Positions 54,204-64,000 of a DNA stretch of 64,000 bases are shown one piece after another; positions within the stretch are counted from its first letter, which is position 1, and every line of letters begins with the position of its first letter. The translations under genes and the position numbers were made by a program. The DNA is taken from NCBI GenBank assembly GCA_040905185.1, contig JBBDRZ010000001.1, forward strand, positions 115,254 to 179,253, read 5' to 3'. The notes below the pieces were generated by a model that was not told the DNA's origin, did not search any database, and saw only the letters and a list, made by a program, of their open reading frames with translations. This DNA is from Chloroflexota bacterium. GTDB lineage: Bacteria > Chloroflexota > Limnocylindria > QHBO01.

Positions 54204-55312
54204 TCGAGCGACTTCGGGCCGTTGCCCTGGTACCCGCCGTCTCGGTCCTCCTCGCCCTCCTGGTCGGCGCCGGCATCATGATCCTCACCAGCCCGATGGT
54301 CACCGGCGCGTTCAGCCTGACGCTGCCCCTGGAGGCGTACGCCGCCATGCTGAGCGGTGCCTTCGGCTCCCTGAACGCAGTGGTCAACACGCTGGTCAAC
54401 GCCACCCCGCTGGTCCTCGCCGGGCTGGCCGTCGGCATCGGATTCAAGGGCGGCTTGTTCAACATCGGGGCCCAGGGCCAGTTCCTGATCGGAGCCCTAA
54501 CCGGCATCGCCGTGGCTCTCGCCCTGAACGACCTTTCGCCGGTGGTCGCCATTCCGGCGGCCCTCATCGGCGGGATGATCGGGGGAGCAATCTATGGCTT
54601 CATCCCCGGCGCCCTGAAAGCGTTCACCGGTGCTCACGAAGTCGTCGTCACCATCATGCTGAACTTCGTGGCCTTGTCGATCATCTCGTGGGCCATCTCG
54701 GGACCACTGATCGGGGAGAACGTCACGTTCGCGCGGACCGATGACATCGAGGCCGCGGCGCTCCCCATCCTCATCGGTCGGAACGGCCATCTCGGCATCC
54801 TGCTCGCGGCCGTGGCAGTGCCCATCGCCTCCTGGCTCCTGTACCGCAGCACGACCGGATTCGAGATTCGCACCACCGGTGCCAACCCGGAGGCGGCGCG
54901 GTACGCCGGCATGCGACCTCGGAGGGTGATCGTCCTGACCATGTCGCTGTGCGGGCTGTTTGCCGGCCTGGCCGGCATCACCGAGGTCATGGGCGAGGTG
55001 GGCTTCATGACCGCCTCGTACTCGACGGGAGTCGGCTTCGACGCCATCGCCGTCGCCCTCCTCGGCCGTGCCCATCCGGTTGGCATCCTGTTCGCGGCGC
55101 TGCTGTTCGGGGCTATGCAGGCCGGCGCCGGCAGCATGCAGATCCAGGCCGGGCTGCCGGTCCAGATGATCGACGTCCTGCAGGCCGTCATCCTGCTCTT
55201 CATCACGGCCGACATCATCGTCCGCCGCCTGTTCCGGATTCGGGCCGAGGCCGGTGAAATTGTGGAGTTGGCTTCGGTCAGCCGCTCCTACGGCGGCGAT
55301 CGAGTGGCTTGA
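54200..55312 (+). CDS. ABC transporter permease (BMP/ribose-type)
   Basis: 370 aa polytopic protein. Start overlaps the ATPase stop. Confidence 0.8.
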   Translation: MIERLRAVALVPAVSVLLALLVGAGIMILTSPMVTGAFSLTLPLEAYAAMLSGAFGSLNAVVNTLVNATPLVLAGLAVGIGFKGGLFNIGAQGQFLIGALTGIAVALALNDLSPVVAIPAALIGGMIGGAIYGFIPGALKAFTGAHEVVVTIMLNFVALSIISWAISGPLIGENVTFARTDDIEAAALPILIGRNGHLGILLAAVAVPIASWLLYRSTTGFEIRTTGANPEAARYAGMRPRRVIVLTMSLCGLFAGLAGITEVMGEVGFMTASYSTGVGFDAIAVALLGRAHPVGILFAALLFGAMQAGAGSMQIQAGLPVQMIDVLQAVILLFITADIIVRRLFRIRAEAGEIVELASVSRSYGGDRVA

Positions 55313-55313
55313 C

Positions 55314-56378
55314 GTGGAAGCGCTGTACGACGTCCCGGTCATTGGGCTGTTAATCCAGTTCGTCGTCTATATCGTCGACCAGTTTCCCCTGGTGGCACCG
55401 ATCATCCTGACCGCGGCAGTTCCCATCGTCCTCGGCGCCCTGTGCGGATTCATGAACGAGCGGACCGGCGTGGTGAACATCGGCATCGAGGGCATGATGC
55501 TGGTAGCGGCCTTCGCGGCGTGGTGGGCGGCCTCCCTCGCCGCGCAGGCCATTCCGATTCGTTCGGGGCCGCTGGGCATCACTCCGGCGCTGCTCATTGG
55601 CCTGGCGGCCGGGATCGGGGCAGCCTGCCTCACCTCGCTCCTCCACGCCTGGCTCTCGATCAGCCTGCGGGCCGACCAGATCATCAGCGGCACCATCATC
55701 AACCTGTTCGCCTTCGGCATCACCGGCTACCTGAACATCCTGGTCAGCCAGCAGGCGCCGCCATCGGGCGGCCAGTTCGGGAGCATCGGACTGCCTAGCG
55801 CGATCACCGACGTCCCGGTGATCGGGGTGCTCATCGACTCGTTCATCGCTGTCGGGCCCATCGCCCTGACCATGCTCGTCAGCGTCATTGCGCTCCAGTT
55901 CCTGCTGTACCGATCGCGGTGGGGGCTCCGCACCCGCGCCGTCGGCGAGCACCCGCGCGCTGCCGAGACGGTCGGCATCGACGTCATCCGGCTGCGCTAC
56001 CGGAACGTCATCCTGGGCGGCATCTTCGCCGGCCTGGCCGGCGCGTACCTGACTATCGAGTTCGGCGACGCATTCCAGAGCGGGATGACCAACGGCCGCG
56101 GGTTCATCGCGCTCGCCGCACTGATCTTCGGTCGCTGGACGCCGGTCGGCAGCTTCCTCGGGGCGCTGCTGTTCACCGCTTCGGTGGGCCTCGAGCGATC
56201 CATCCGGATTGCCCCGCCGCCGGGCGACCTGGGGGAGATCCTCACCGCCATCCCGGGCGAGTTCTACGGCGCCCTGCCGTACCTCATCACGATCATCGTC
56301 CTGGCCGGGGTGGTGGGCAAGAGCATCCCGCCGGCCGCCGACGGGCTCCCCTACCGGCGCGAGTCGAAGGCCGCCTAG
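55314..56378 (+). CDS. ABC transporter permease (second)
   Basis: GTG at 55314 immediately after the previous stop. Polytopic. Confidence 0.75.
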   Translation: MEALYDVPVIGLLIQFVVYIVDQFPLVAPIILTAAVPIVLGALCGFMNERTGVVNIGIEGMMLVAAFAAWWAASLAAQAIPIRSGPLGITPALLIGLAAGIGAACLTSLLHAWLSISLRADQIISGTIINLFAFGITGYLNILVSQQAPPSGGQFGSIGLPSAITDVPVIGVLIDSFIAVGPIALTMLVSVIALQFLLYRSRWGLRTRAVGEHPRAAETVGIDVIRLRYRNVILGGIFAGLAGAYLTIEFGDAFQSGMTNGRGFIALAALIFGRWTPVGSFLGALLFTASVGLERSIRIAPPPGDLGEILTAIPGEFYGALPYLITIIVLAGVVGKSIPPAADGLPYRRESKAA

Positions 56379-56379
56379 C

Positions 56380-57468
56380 TCAGCTGGCGACGGCGGCCGC
56401 GGCCATGGGCGCGGCCAGGACCGAGATCCGGCCGGCCACGACCCGTGACACCTCGCGCAGGGCCGCCGCGGCCGCCGAGCGATCGGCGTCCGGATGCTGC
56501 GCCGAGGTGATCGGCACGCCCGCGTCTCCGCCGGCCCGCACAGCCGGCTCGAGCGGGATGCGGCCCAGGACCTCCAGCCCGAGCTCGCGGGCCATGCTAT
56601 CCCCGCCGCCCGAACCGAACAGGTCGTGCTCGGTGCCGCAGTGGGGGCAGATGAAGCCGCTCATGTTCTCCACCACGCCCAGGGTCCGGACGTTGACCTT
56701 GGTGAACATGCCGATCGCTTTACGGGCGTCGAGGAGCGCCACCTCCTGAGGTGTCGTCACGATGACCGCCCCCGACAGCGGGATGAGCTGGGCCAGTGAC
56801 AGCGAGGCATCCCCCGTACCGGGCGGCAGGTCGATGACCAGGTAGTCCAGCTCCCCCCACTCCACGTCGCGCAGGAACTGCTGGATGGCGGAGTGGATGA
56901 GCGGCCCGCGCCAGATGACCGGGGCGTCGCCGGTCAGGAAGTACTGGATGCTGATCATCTTCACGCCGTGGCTGACGACGGGGTTGACCCGCCCCCCGAC
57001 GCCGGTCACGTGGCCCTCCTGAGTGCCCATCATGAGCGGCACGTTGGGGCCGGTGATATCCGCGTCCAGGAGCCCCACCCGGGCGCCATCGCGAGCGAGG
57101 CTGACCGCCAGGTTGACGGCCACCGTGGTCTTGCCCACGCCGCCCTTGCCGGAGGCGACGGCGATCGTATTGCGGACACCGGGGATGAGGTCGGCCATGG
57201 GCCCGCCGAAGCTGCGCTTCACGTTGGCGGCCCATTCGATCTTCACCGCGCCGGCCCCCACGCCGGAAAGCTCATCGGCGATGTCCGATTCGATCTTGGC
57301 CTTGAGCGGGCAGGCGGGAGTGGTGAGCTCGACCGTGACCGTGACCAGCGATCCGGAGATGTCCACCGAGCGGACCATGTTCAGTGAGACCAGGTCGCGC
57401 CCGATCTCGGGGTCCTTGACCCGAGCCAGGGCAGCCATGATCGCGTCGTCGGTCAGCGCGGTGGTCAC
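56380..57468 (-). CDS. Mrp/ApbC-family Fe-S cluster carrier ATPase with N-terminal DUF59 domain
   Basis: DUF59 N-terminus, deviant Walker A ASGKGGVGKTT, CPHC motif. Confidence 0.85.
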   Translation of the reverse strand: MTTALTDDAIMAALARVKDPEIGRDLVSLNMVRSVDISGSLVTVTVELTTPACPLKAKIESDIADELSGVGAGAVKIEWAANVKRSFGGPMADLIPGVRNTIAVASGKGGVGKTTVAVNLAVSLARDGARVGLLDADITGPNVPLMMGTQEGHVTGVGGRVNPVVSHGVKMISIQYFLTGDAPVIWRGPLIHSAIQQFLRDVEWGELDYLVIDLPPGTGDASLSLAQLIPLSGAVIVTTPQEVALLDARKAIGMFTKVNVRTLGVVENMSGFICPHCGTEHDLFGSGGGDSMARELGLEVLGRIPLEPAVRAGGDAGVPITSAQHPDADRSAAAAALREVSRVVAGRISVLAAPMAAAAVAS

Positions 57469-57511
57469 CGATCGAGGGTATCAGGTGCGCGGGGCGAGCG
57501 CCCGGCGAGCT

Positions 57512-58375
57512 TCAGGCCACGCCGTCGAACAGACCGGAACCGACCCCTGCCGGCGGTGTCGAGGCGGCCAGGTTGGAGACCGCCAGACGGTAGTGCTCGG
57601 CCGAGAGCCAGTTGTCGCGGACGGCGGGATCCCAGCCCGCAAACGGCCCATCCGAGCCGGTCTGGGATACGTGTCGTTCGATGGCCGCCAGTTTGAGCGT
57701 GACCAGCTCGCCAAGCGAGACCGCCACCATCGGTCCGGCCGACGAGGTCTGGTATCCGGCGCGCGGCGCCATGTCGCCCAGGATCGCCAACCCCTCCGGC
57801 GGCACGACGAGGTGGAAGAGCTTTGCGATGCGCCACGCCACCTGGTCCTCTTCCAGGTCGTCCTCGTAGGCGAGCGGGAGGGCGGCCTTGTCCACGGCTT
57901 CCCCGACCGCCCGAGACAGGGTCACGTGGTCCGAATCGCCGGTCACGCCATCCGGCCCAAACGTGAGGACGACTTCCGGCTGATGCATCCGGATCGGCTG
58001 CACCAGACGCCCGACCAGGTGATGGAAGTCGACCGCTCCCAGATCCCCCTCGGCGTAGTCCAGCATGCGGAGGACCCGGACGCCGAGCAGGGCAACGGAA
58101 CGGCGCATCTCGTCCTCGCGCACGGTGTCGAGGTTCCGCCAGCCCAGGGATTCGAGGAGGTCGCGGTTGCGGCCACCGGGCGCGGGCGGCTTGGTCGTGA
58201 TCCGGGGGTCGAAGAAGCCGCGTGTGGCGCACACCACGACCACGTACGCCCCTTCGGCCGCGGCACTCGCAATGGCGCCCGCGAACCCGAATGCTTCGTC
58301 GCCGGGGTGGGCGACGATCACCATCAGGCTGCGGGCGGGATTCCGTTCACGGATGGGCCGCCAGATCGACGACAC
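57512..58375 (-). CDS. PIG-L/LmbE family deacetylase (MshB/BshB-like)
   Basis: VIVAHPGDEAFGFAG motif and downstream H/D ligands. Confidence 0.75.
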   Translation of the reverse strand: MSSIWRPIRERNPARSLMVIVAHPGDEAFGFAGAIASAAAEGAYVVVVCATRGFFDPRITTKPPAPGGRNRDLLESLGWRNLDTVREDEMRRSVALLGVRVLRMLDYAEGDLGAVDFHHLVGRLVQPIRMHQPEVVLTFGPDGVTGDSDHVTLSRAVGEAVDKAALPLAYEDDLEEDQVAWRIAKLFHLVVPPEGLAILGDMAPRAGYQTSSAGPMVAVSLGELVTLKLAAIERHVSQTGSDGPFAGWDPAVRDNWLSAEHYRLAVSNLAASTPPAGVGSGLFDGVA

Positions 58376-58393
58376 GGCGGCGAGTCTATCAGC

Positions 58394-59470
58394 CTAGACC
58401 TCGAGCTCGAGGGCCACCCGCGCTGACGGATCGCGGCCCCGATCCCGCACGGCGGGGACGCGCTCGGCGGCCGGAACCCGCTCCACGAAGCTCGCGTGGT
58501 GGCCGGTCTCGATGGCCTGCTCAACCTCGTCCAGGCTGAGGATGCCATGTCGCAGGACCAGCGCGAACTCATCGCGCAGGTAGCGCTGCAGGATCTCCGG
58601 CCCATCGGTGGACAGGGTGAAGGCGACCTCGTGCAAGACCAGGTTGCGGATGTGCGCGCGGAGCTCGCCGAGGCTGGCCACCACCCCGGTGCTCAGGTTC
58701 GAGGAGGGGCAGACCTCCAGCACGATCCCCCGCTCACGGAGGATGCCCATGACCCGCGGGTCGGTTGCGCTCCGGATCCCATGACCGATGCGCGCCGGGT
58801 CGAGCGCCTCGATGGCTTCCTCCACCTCGTCGGCACCCCCGGTCTCTCCGGCATGGACCGTGATCCCCAGCCCGGCACGGCGGCAGTCATCCATGATGTC
58901 GCGGTAGTCCGCGAATCGAAACCCCGCGACCACCGGGCCCGCGATATCGATTCCCACGACCCCCCGCGCGCGCCAGCTGATGGCCTTGGCGGCCAGGATC
59001 TCGTTGAGCTCGCGGCTGAACGCGCGGTCCAGGCAGAAGATCAGGCCGGCCTGCACCTGGGGATACTCGAGGATGGCTCGATCCATCCCCCGCACCGCGG
59101 CCGCGATGATGTGGTCCAGATCCTGCTCGCCGCCCCGATTGCGCTTCATCGGGTTGAAGCGCAGCTCCAGGCGCGTGATGTTGCTGCGCCGATACGCCCC
59201 CCCGATGACCTCATACACGCTGCGCTCGACGGCGATCGGACTGGACTGGATCAGCTCGGTCCAGTGGAACAGGTCGAGGTACCCGTCAAATGTCCGCCGC
59301 CGGCGCCGCCCGAGGGTGATCAGCGCACGGAAGGCCCAGTAATCCTTGGTCGGCAGCCGGATGCCCTGAGCGTGCGCGATGCCCCACATGATGGCCGGTG
59401 TGACGGCCGCTCCCAGGTGCACGTGCAGCTCGCTGAGCGGCGTATGGGGGTCGATCCGGGGTCGGGCCAT
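58394..59470 (-). CDS. adenosine/adenine deaminase family amidohydrolase (second paralogue)
   Basis: LHVHLGAAV, HAGETGG, TDGP motifs of the adenosine deaminase superfamily. Confidence 0.7.
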   Translation of the reverse strand: MARPRIDPHTPLSELHVHLGAAVTPAIMWGIAHAQGIRLPTKDYWAFRALITLGRRRRRTFDGYLDLFHWTELIQSSPIAVERSVYEVIGGAYRRSNITRLELRFNPMKRNRGGEQDLDHIIAAAVRGMDRAILEYPQVQAGLIFCLDRAFSRELNEILAAKAISWRARGVVGIDIAGPVVAGFRFADYRDIMDDCRRAGLGITVHAGETGGADEVEEAIEALDPARIGHGIRSATDPRVMGILRERGIVLEVCPSSNLSTGVVASLGELRAHIRNLVLHEVAFTLSTDGPEILQRYLRDEFALVLRHGILSLDEVEQAIETGHHASFVERVPAAERVPAVRDRGRDPSARVALELEV

Positions 59471-59546
59471 GTGCCACCGGCTGCGGACTTTGCGGAAGTT
59501 TATCAGGCGGTCCTGCGTTGCCGAACCGCGCTAGAATCGGCGCCCG

Positions 59547-59915
59547 ATGGATCTCAAGGGCCTGATCGAGTCGCTCGCTACCGGCTGGGCCGAGCGCCTG
59601 ACGATCCTCGTTCCGCTGGCCCTGGTCGGGGCACTGGGACTGTACGTCGCCTGGCTGCTGATCGGGTACCTCCGCGCCTCGCAGACCGGGATCGAGGCCG
59701 AGGCGGTGGTCGGTGAGGCGATCGCACCCGATCCGGGGGCGTCGGTCAGCCTGCCAGCCGGGGCGCCGTACTGCCTGGTTGACGGCCTCGTGCATCCGCC
59801 CGGCGCCGTGTACTGCGCGCGCTGCGAGGCCGACCTGGCTCGAGACTGCACTACCTGCGGGACGACCATCCGGGCCGGCGACGCCGTCTGCTTCAACTGC
59901 GGGGCTCGCCAGTAA
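59547..59915 (+). CDS. small membrane protein with C-terminal zinc-ribbon (CxxC...CxxC)
   Basis: 122 aa. One TM helix. CARCEADLARDCTTCGTT...CFNCGARQ. Confidence 0.45.
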   Translation: MDLKGLIESLATGWAERLTILVPLALVGALGLYVAWLLIGYLRASQTGIEAEAVVGEAIAPDPGASVSLPAGAPYCLVDGLVHPPGAVYCARCEADLARDCTTCGTTIRAGDAVCFNCGARQ

Positions 59916-59922
59916 CGCCGGC

Positions 59923-60936
59923 TCAGTCCCCCATCAGGGAGCGCACGTAGGCGCGCATCTCGGCCACGTTGGCGATCATCACCCAGCCCCGGCTGGTTCC
60001 CGGCTCGATGCCGGCGTACAGCGCGAAGCGAGGCGGCGACAGCACGGTCGCGGAGACATTGGCGTCCGCCGCATCGCCCACGACCTGCAGGAGTGTCGGT
60101 AGGTCCGTGAGCGGCGCGTTGGTCTGCAGCGTGGTGAGGAGGGCCAGCATCGCGCCCAGGTCGAGCTCCTCGTCCAGGAGGGAAATCCGATGGGCCAGCG
60201 CGACGATGAGCTGCATCTGGCGGCCGGCCCGGGCGTAGTCGCTGTCCGTGTACCGGGATCGGGCGTAGGACAGGGCCGTGGCGCCGTTGATCCGCTGCCA
60301 GCCCGGCTCGATGCTGAAGGCGATCTCGCTGTCGTTGATCGCGTACGGGACGTCGATCCACAGCCCTCCGAGGGCATCCACGAGCCCTGGAAATTCGGGC
60401 ATGTTCAGCTCGATCCAGTAGTCAATGGGGACGTCGTATGTCGACTGCAGGGACGCCGCGAGCCCGTCCATCCCATAGCTGAATCGAATCGCGTTGGCCT
60501 TGAGGTGCCAGATCGCGCCATTGCCCAGCGGGATGTCGGTCGCGTCGCGCGGGAGGGCGACCATGGTCAGCTGGCTATGGTCGGCACTGATCGATGCGAC
60601 CACCATCGCGTCGGTCAGGGGCCCGTATCCATTTGCCACCCGATCTGGCGTCGAATCGCTGCCCGCGAACAGGACGGTGATGCGCCGATCCAGGAGGGCC
60701 GGGTTGATGGGGACCGGCGTCGGCGTCGGCTGCGGGGTTGGCGTGGGGACGGGCGTTGGCCGGGGGGTCGGTGACGGCGTGGCTGTCGGCTGCGGGGTTG
60801 GGCTGGGCGTCGGGCTCGGCGACAGGAGCGCGCAACCAGCCACCCAAATGATGAGGGCGACGGTCAGCAGACGGACGAGGCGGGGTGTGGGCTGCATCGA
60901 CCGCGGATCGTAACCGCCCCCGAGGGCTGCCGCCAA
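59923..60936 (-). CDS. LytR-CpsA-Psr (LCP) family protein
   Basis: TM plus Pro/Thr linker. LCP core ITVLFAGSDS...MVVASIS...LPRD.... Confidence 0.8.
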   Translation of the reverse strand: MAAALGGGYDPRSMQPTPRLVRLLTVALIIWVAGCALLSPSPTPSPTPQPTATPSPTPRPTPVPTPTPQPTPTPVPINPALLDRRITVLFAGSDSTPDRVANGYGPLTDAMVVASISADHSQLTMVALPRDATDIPLGNGAIWHLKANAIRFSYGMDGLAASLQSTYDVPIDYWIELNMPEFPGLVDALGGLWIDVPYAINDSEIAFSIEPGWQRINGATALSYARSRYTDSDYARAGRQMQLIVALAHRISLLDEELDLGAMLALLTTLQTNAPLTDLPTLLQVVGDAADANVSATVLSPPRFALYAGIEPGTSRGWVMIANVAEMRAYVRSLMGD

Positions 60937-60964
60937 GGCGGCCGTCCACTGCTAGGCTCAGAGA

Positions 60965-61378
60965 GTGGAGACCCGAGAGATCAACGTGGAAACGGGCGGG
61001 CGGCGCGGCGTCCACGACTTGACCGTTGCCTGCGCCCGATTCGTGGCCGAGGCGGCTGCGGGCGGGGATGGAATCCTGCACCTGTTCGCGCCTCACGCCA
61101 CGGCGGGGCTGATCGTCATGGAGCTGGGCAGCGGCTCCGACGCCGATGTGATCGAGGCCCTGGACCGGCTTCTGCCGCGCGACGATCGCTGGCGCCACCA
61201 GCATGGCTCGGAGGGCCACGGTGCGGACCACGTCCTCCCGTTGTTGATCAGCCCATCGCTGAGCGTGCCGGTCATCGGTGGCCAGATGGCTCTGGGGACC
61301 TGGCAATCCATCGCCCTGCTGGACCCGAACGCCGATCACATCCGGCGGCGAGTCCGGCTGTCGTTCGTGCCAGCCTAG
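60965..61378 (+). CDS. YjbQ/UPF0047 family protein (secondary thiamine-phosphate synthase-like)
   Basis: 137 aa. HATAGL...HVLP pattern. Confidence 0.75.
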   Translation: METREINVETGGRRGVHDLTVACARFVAEAAAGGDGILHLFAPHATAGLIVMELGSGSDADVIEALDRLLPRDDRWRHQHGSEGHGADHVLPLLISPSLSVPVIGGQMALGTWQSIALLDPNADHIRRRVRLSFVPA

Positions 61379-63447
61379 GCCGGCGCCTCGGCTGACGCCC
61401 CGCTCCCGGCGAGACGCATCACCTGGGCAGTCACGGTGGACGGGTCCGCGTTGGGGGCATCGCACGCATACCCACGGCACACGTACGCGGTGGGCACGCC
61501 CTCCCGCGCGACCTTGTCGATAAACAGCGGGCGGCCGCCGAGCTCATCGCCCGTAGGCAGGCCGGCGATCACCAGGTCCGGCGCGTATGGAGCCGCGGCG
61601 GCACGGCGGAGGGCGACCGAGCGCAGGTCCGCGGCCTCACCGGCAACCACCACGTCGACCGTCGGGCCCAGGGCGCGATCGGCGGCGCACAGCATCCGCC
61701 CGAAGGCCGACGGCTGGCGCTCGATGGCCGACCCGGCCGCCGCCAGGATGCGACGGGCCCGTCGGTCGTGCTCCGGGTCGCCGCCCACGAGCGCCAGCCG
61801 GAGCCAGACGTCCGCGGCGATCGAGTTCGCGCCAGGAGTCGCGCCGTCGAGCAGCGACCGGGGCCGGGCCACGGTCTGCTCGTGATCGGGCCCCGTGTCG
61901 TACAGGGTGCCGCTCTCGTCGTCCCAGAAGTCCGACCCCAGCCGCGCCATGAGCGCCTCGGCCAATTCCAGTTCCCGCGGCTCGCCGAGGGCGGCATATG
62001 CCCCCAGCAGCCCATCGGCCACCGCCGCGTAGTCCTCGGCGAAGCCGGGTGTATGGGCCACGCCCGCGCAGGCCGTGCGCCACAACCGGTCACCATCGTG
62101 GACCAGGACGTTTCGGATGAACGCCGCCAGGTCCTGGGTTGCCGCCATGAACCGTTCATCCCCCAGCACCAGCGCGGCGAGGGCAAACGCCCGCAGCGCG
62201 AGGCCGTTCCAGGCCGCCAGCTGCTTGTCGTCGCGCCCCGGACGGACACGCTCGCTCCGGCGGGTCAACAGGGCCGCGCGGGCGCGCTCCAGGATCGGCG
62301 GCTCGGGCGGCGGAGCGCTGGTGACGTGCAGGATGGTGTGGCCCTCCCAGTTGCCGTCACGCGTGACGTCCCAGTGTGCGGCCACCGCCGCCGCGTCCGC
62401 CGCGGTCAGCCCGGCATCGGCCAGGACCGCGGCCACCTCGTCGGTGTCCCAGACGTAGAAGCGGCCCTCCTCGCCCTCGCTGTCCGCGTCCAGGGCGGCG
62501 GCGAACCCACCCTCATCGGTGCGCAGCGCGGCCAGCAGGAAGTCCAGGGTCGAAGAGGCGACGCGGGCGTATCGGTCCATCCCGGTGGCCCTGAACGCCT
62601 CCAGGTAGGCATGGGCCAGCAGGGCGTTGTCGTAGAGCATCTTCTCGAAGTGGGGGGCCAGCCAGGAGGCATCGGTGCTGTACCGGGCGAAGCCGCCGGC
62701 CAGCTGGTCATGGATGCCGCCGTCGGCCATGCGGTCCAGGGTGACCGTCACCATCCGCAGGGTGGCCGCGTCCCGCGTGTCCCGCCAGCGGCGGAGCAGG
62801 AACTCCAGGGTCATGGGAGCGGGGAACTTGGGGGCCGGGCCAAAGCCGCCGCGGACCGCGTCGAACGACCCGCCCAGCCGGCGCACCGCGGCGTCCAGCT
62901 GCTCACTCCCCGGGGCGCCTCCAGGACTGCCCTCGACGGCCATCTGGTGCCGCAGGTGGGTGGCCAGCTGGGCCGCGATTCCGGCCACTTCGCCGCGCCG
63001 CTCCCGATACGCCTCCGCCACGCCCTCCAGCACGGTGTTGAATGCGGGCAGGCCGTGCCGGTCATCGGGCGGGAAATAGGTGCCGCCGAAGAACGGCTCC
63101 AGGTCCGGGGTCAAGAACACGCTGAGCGGCCAGCCCCCCGAGCCGGTCATGGCCTGCACGGCGCCCATGTACACGTCGTCGATGTCCGGGCGCTCCTCGC
63201 GGTCGACCTTGATGGCCACGAAGTCGCGGTTGAGCCGCTCGGCGGTGCGTGGGTCCTCGAATGACTCGTGGGCCATGACGTGGCACCAATGGCAGGCCGA
63301 GTAGCCAATCGACAGGAAGATGGGCCGATCCTCGCTCCGCGCTCGGGCCAGGGCCTCGGCTCCCCACGGATACCAGTCGACCGGGTTGTCGGCGTGCTGC
63401 AGCAGGTACGGGCTGGTCGCCTTCGCAAGCCGATTCATGGCGGGCAT
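61375..63447 (-). CDS. thioredoxin-domain protein YyaL (DUF255, N-terminal Trx fold plus (alpha/alpha)6 barrel)
   Basis: [18 protein letters not shown]..., [13 protein letters not shown]. Confidence 0.85.
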   Translation of the reverse strand: MPAMNRLAKATSPYLLQHADNPVDWYPWGAEALARARSEDRPIFLSIGYSACHWCHVMAHESFEDPRTAERLNRDFVAIKVDREERPDIDDVYMGAVQAMTGSGGWPLSVFLTPDLEPFFGGTYFPPDDRHGLPAFNTVLEGVAEAYRERRGEVAGIAAQLATHLRHQMAVEGSPGGAPGSEQLDAAVRRLGGSFDAVRGGFGPAPKFPAPMTLEFLLRRWRDTRDAATLRMVTVTLDRMADGGIHDQLAGGFARYSTDASWLAPHFEKMLYDNALLAHAYLEAFRATGMDRYARVASSTLDFLLAALRTDEGGFAAALDADSEGEEGRFYVWDTDEVAAVLADAGLTAADAAAVAAHWDVTRDGNWEGHTILHVTSAPPPEPPILERARAALLTRRSERVRPGRDDKQLAAWNGLALRAFALAALVLGDERFMAATQDLAAFIRNVLVHDGDRLWRTACAGVAHTPGFAEDYAAVADGLLGAYAALGEPRELELAEALMARLGSDFWDDESGTLYDTGPDHEQTVARPRSLLDGATPGANSIAADVWLRLALVGGDPEHDRRARRILAAAGSAIERQPSAFGRMLCAADRALGPTVDVVVAGEAADLRSVALRRAAAAPYAPDLVIAGLPTGDELGGRPLFIDKVAREGVPTAYVCRGYACDAPNADPSTVTAQVMRLAGSGASAEAPA

Positions 63448-63483
63448 CGTATCGGAAGCCTCGCCAGATCGAATTGACCGCCA

Positions 63484-63855
63484 TTGGAGCCTATGCGCAT
63501 ACTACCCCCGAGTATGGACACGCACGACGTCACCGGCGCTATTGAGCACTTCCGCCACAGCTACACGCGTGACCGGCATGAGCTTCTGAACCGGCTGCGC
63601 CGGATCGAGGGTCAGGCCCGTGGCCTCCAGCGCCTGGTCGAGGACGAGGCCTACTGCCTCGACATCCTCCAGCAGGTCGAGGCCATGACCGCCGCCGCCG
63701 ACCAGGTCGCGATGCTGGTCCTGGAAGACCACATCGACGGCTGCCTGACGCATGCAATCGACAGCGGGCAGGGTCAGCCGTACGTTCGCGAGGTCATGAC
63801 GGTCGTCCGGCGTGCGATGCGCCGGCCAGGGCGTCGCGCAAGCCGAACCGGCTGA
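63484..63855 (+). CDS. CsoR/RcnR-family metal-sensing transcriptional repressor (DUF156)
   Basis: [53 protein letters not shown] (W-X-Y-Z ligand pattern C..H..C). Confidence 0.7.
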   Translation: MEPMRILPPSMDTHDVTGAIEHFRHSYTRDRHELLNRLRRIEGQARGLQRLVEDEAYCLDILQQVEAMTAAADQVAMLVLEDHIDGCLTHAIDSGQGQPYVREVMTVVRRAMRRPGRRASRTG

Positions 63856-63943
63856 CGCGGCACGGGGCACGTAACGGGAGTGCCGCAGGGGGGAACCACG
63901 GCACTCCCGATTTCGACTATACGGGCGCTGGTCAAGCCGATCA

Positions 63944-64000
63944 CTCCCCGAACATGGTGAGCTGCTTGCCGCCACGCTCGACCAGCGGGTCGAGGCCGAT
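63944..64000 (-). CDS. 3' end of an unidentified minus-strand gene running off the window
   Basis: The reverse frame ends ...IGLDPLVERGGKQLTMFGE with the stop at about 63944. Too short to call. Confidence 0.2.

Noticed and set aside
1-64000. CRISPR arrays, rRNA genes, toxin-antitoxin pairs, restriction-modification or other defence-system hallmarks
   Set aside because: Looked for regularly spaced short repeats, helicase, nuclease or methylase motifs. None found. The only ATPases are ABC-type and Mrp.

Overview
High-GC (about 70%) bacterial chromosomal segment. Hints of an Actinobacteria- or Chloroflexi-like host are a PIG-L/MshB-type deacetylase, a DUF385 F420-dependent Ddn-like protein and an LCP protein. 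Most of the many reverse-strand ORFs in the track are GC-driven shadows of real genes. Core metabolism: a lipoate-dependent 2-oxoacid dehydrogenase neighbourhood (lpd, E1alpha, E1beta, E2, then lipA, lipB and a stand-alone homodimeric aceE); a GGDEF/HD-GYP signalling protein; several ABC transporters; plsY-pgsA; glgC; a class A PBP; pepA; a nucleoside-salvage cluster (BMP-type ABC importer flanked by two adenosine-deaminase paralogues); Mrp/ApbC; YyaL; CsoR. The accessory part runs from about 26.7 to 35.8 kb and is bounded by tRNA-Arg(TCG) and tRNA-His(GTG), both on the minus strand. It holds an intact tyrosine integrase plus a Kelch-repeat lipoprotein flanked by a 41-bp direct repeat of the tRNA-Arg 5' half. 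It also holds an operon of a secreted CAP-domain (poly-Gly) protein, a MacB-like ABC exporter and a PPC protein; an RDD protein; a 3' remnant of a second integrase; and a YccF-like protein. The most system-like unexplained unit is a tightly coupled three-gene module at 20.8-22.6 kb. It encodes a DUF2089 Zn-ribbon/HTH protein, a DUF4097 LiaF/YvlB-like beta-helix protein and a small SHOCT-like protein. An atypically AT-rich promoter island carrying a 17-bp tandem repeat sits upstream, and a GH13 glucosidase and an APC permease follow. No CRISPR array, rRNA or obvious defence nucleases or ATPases were seen.
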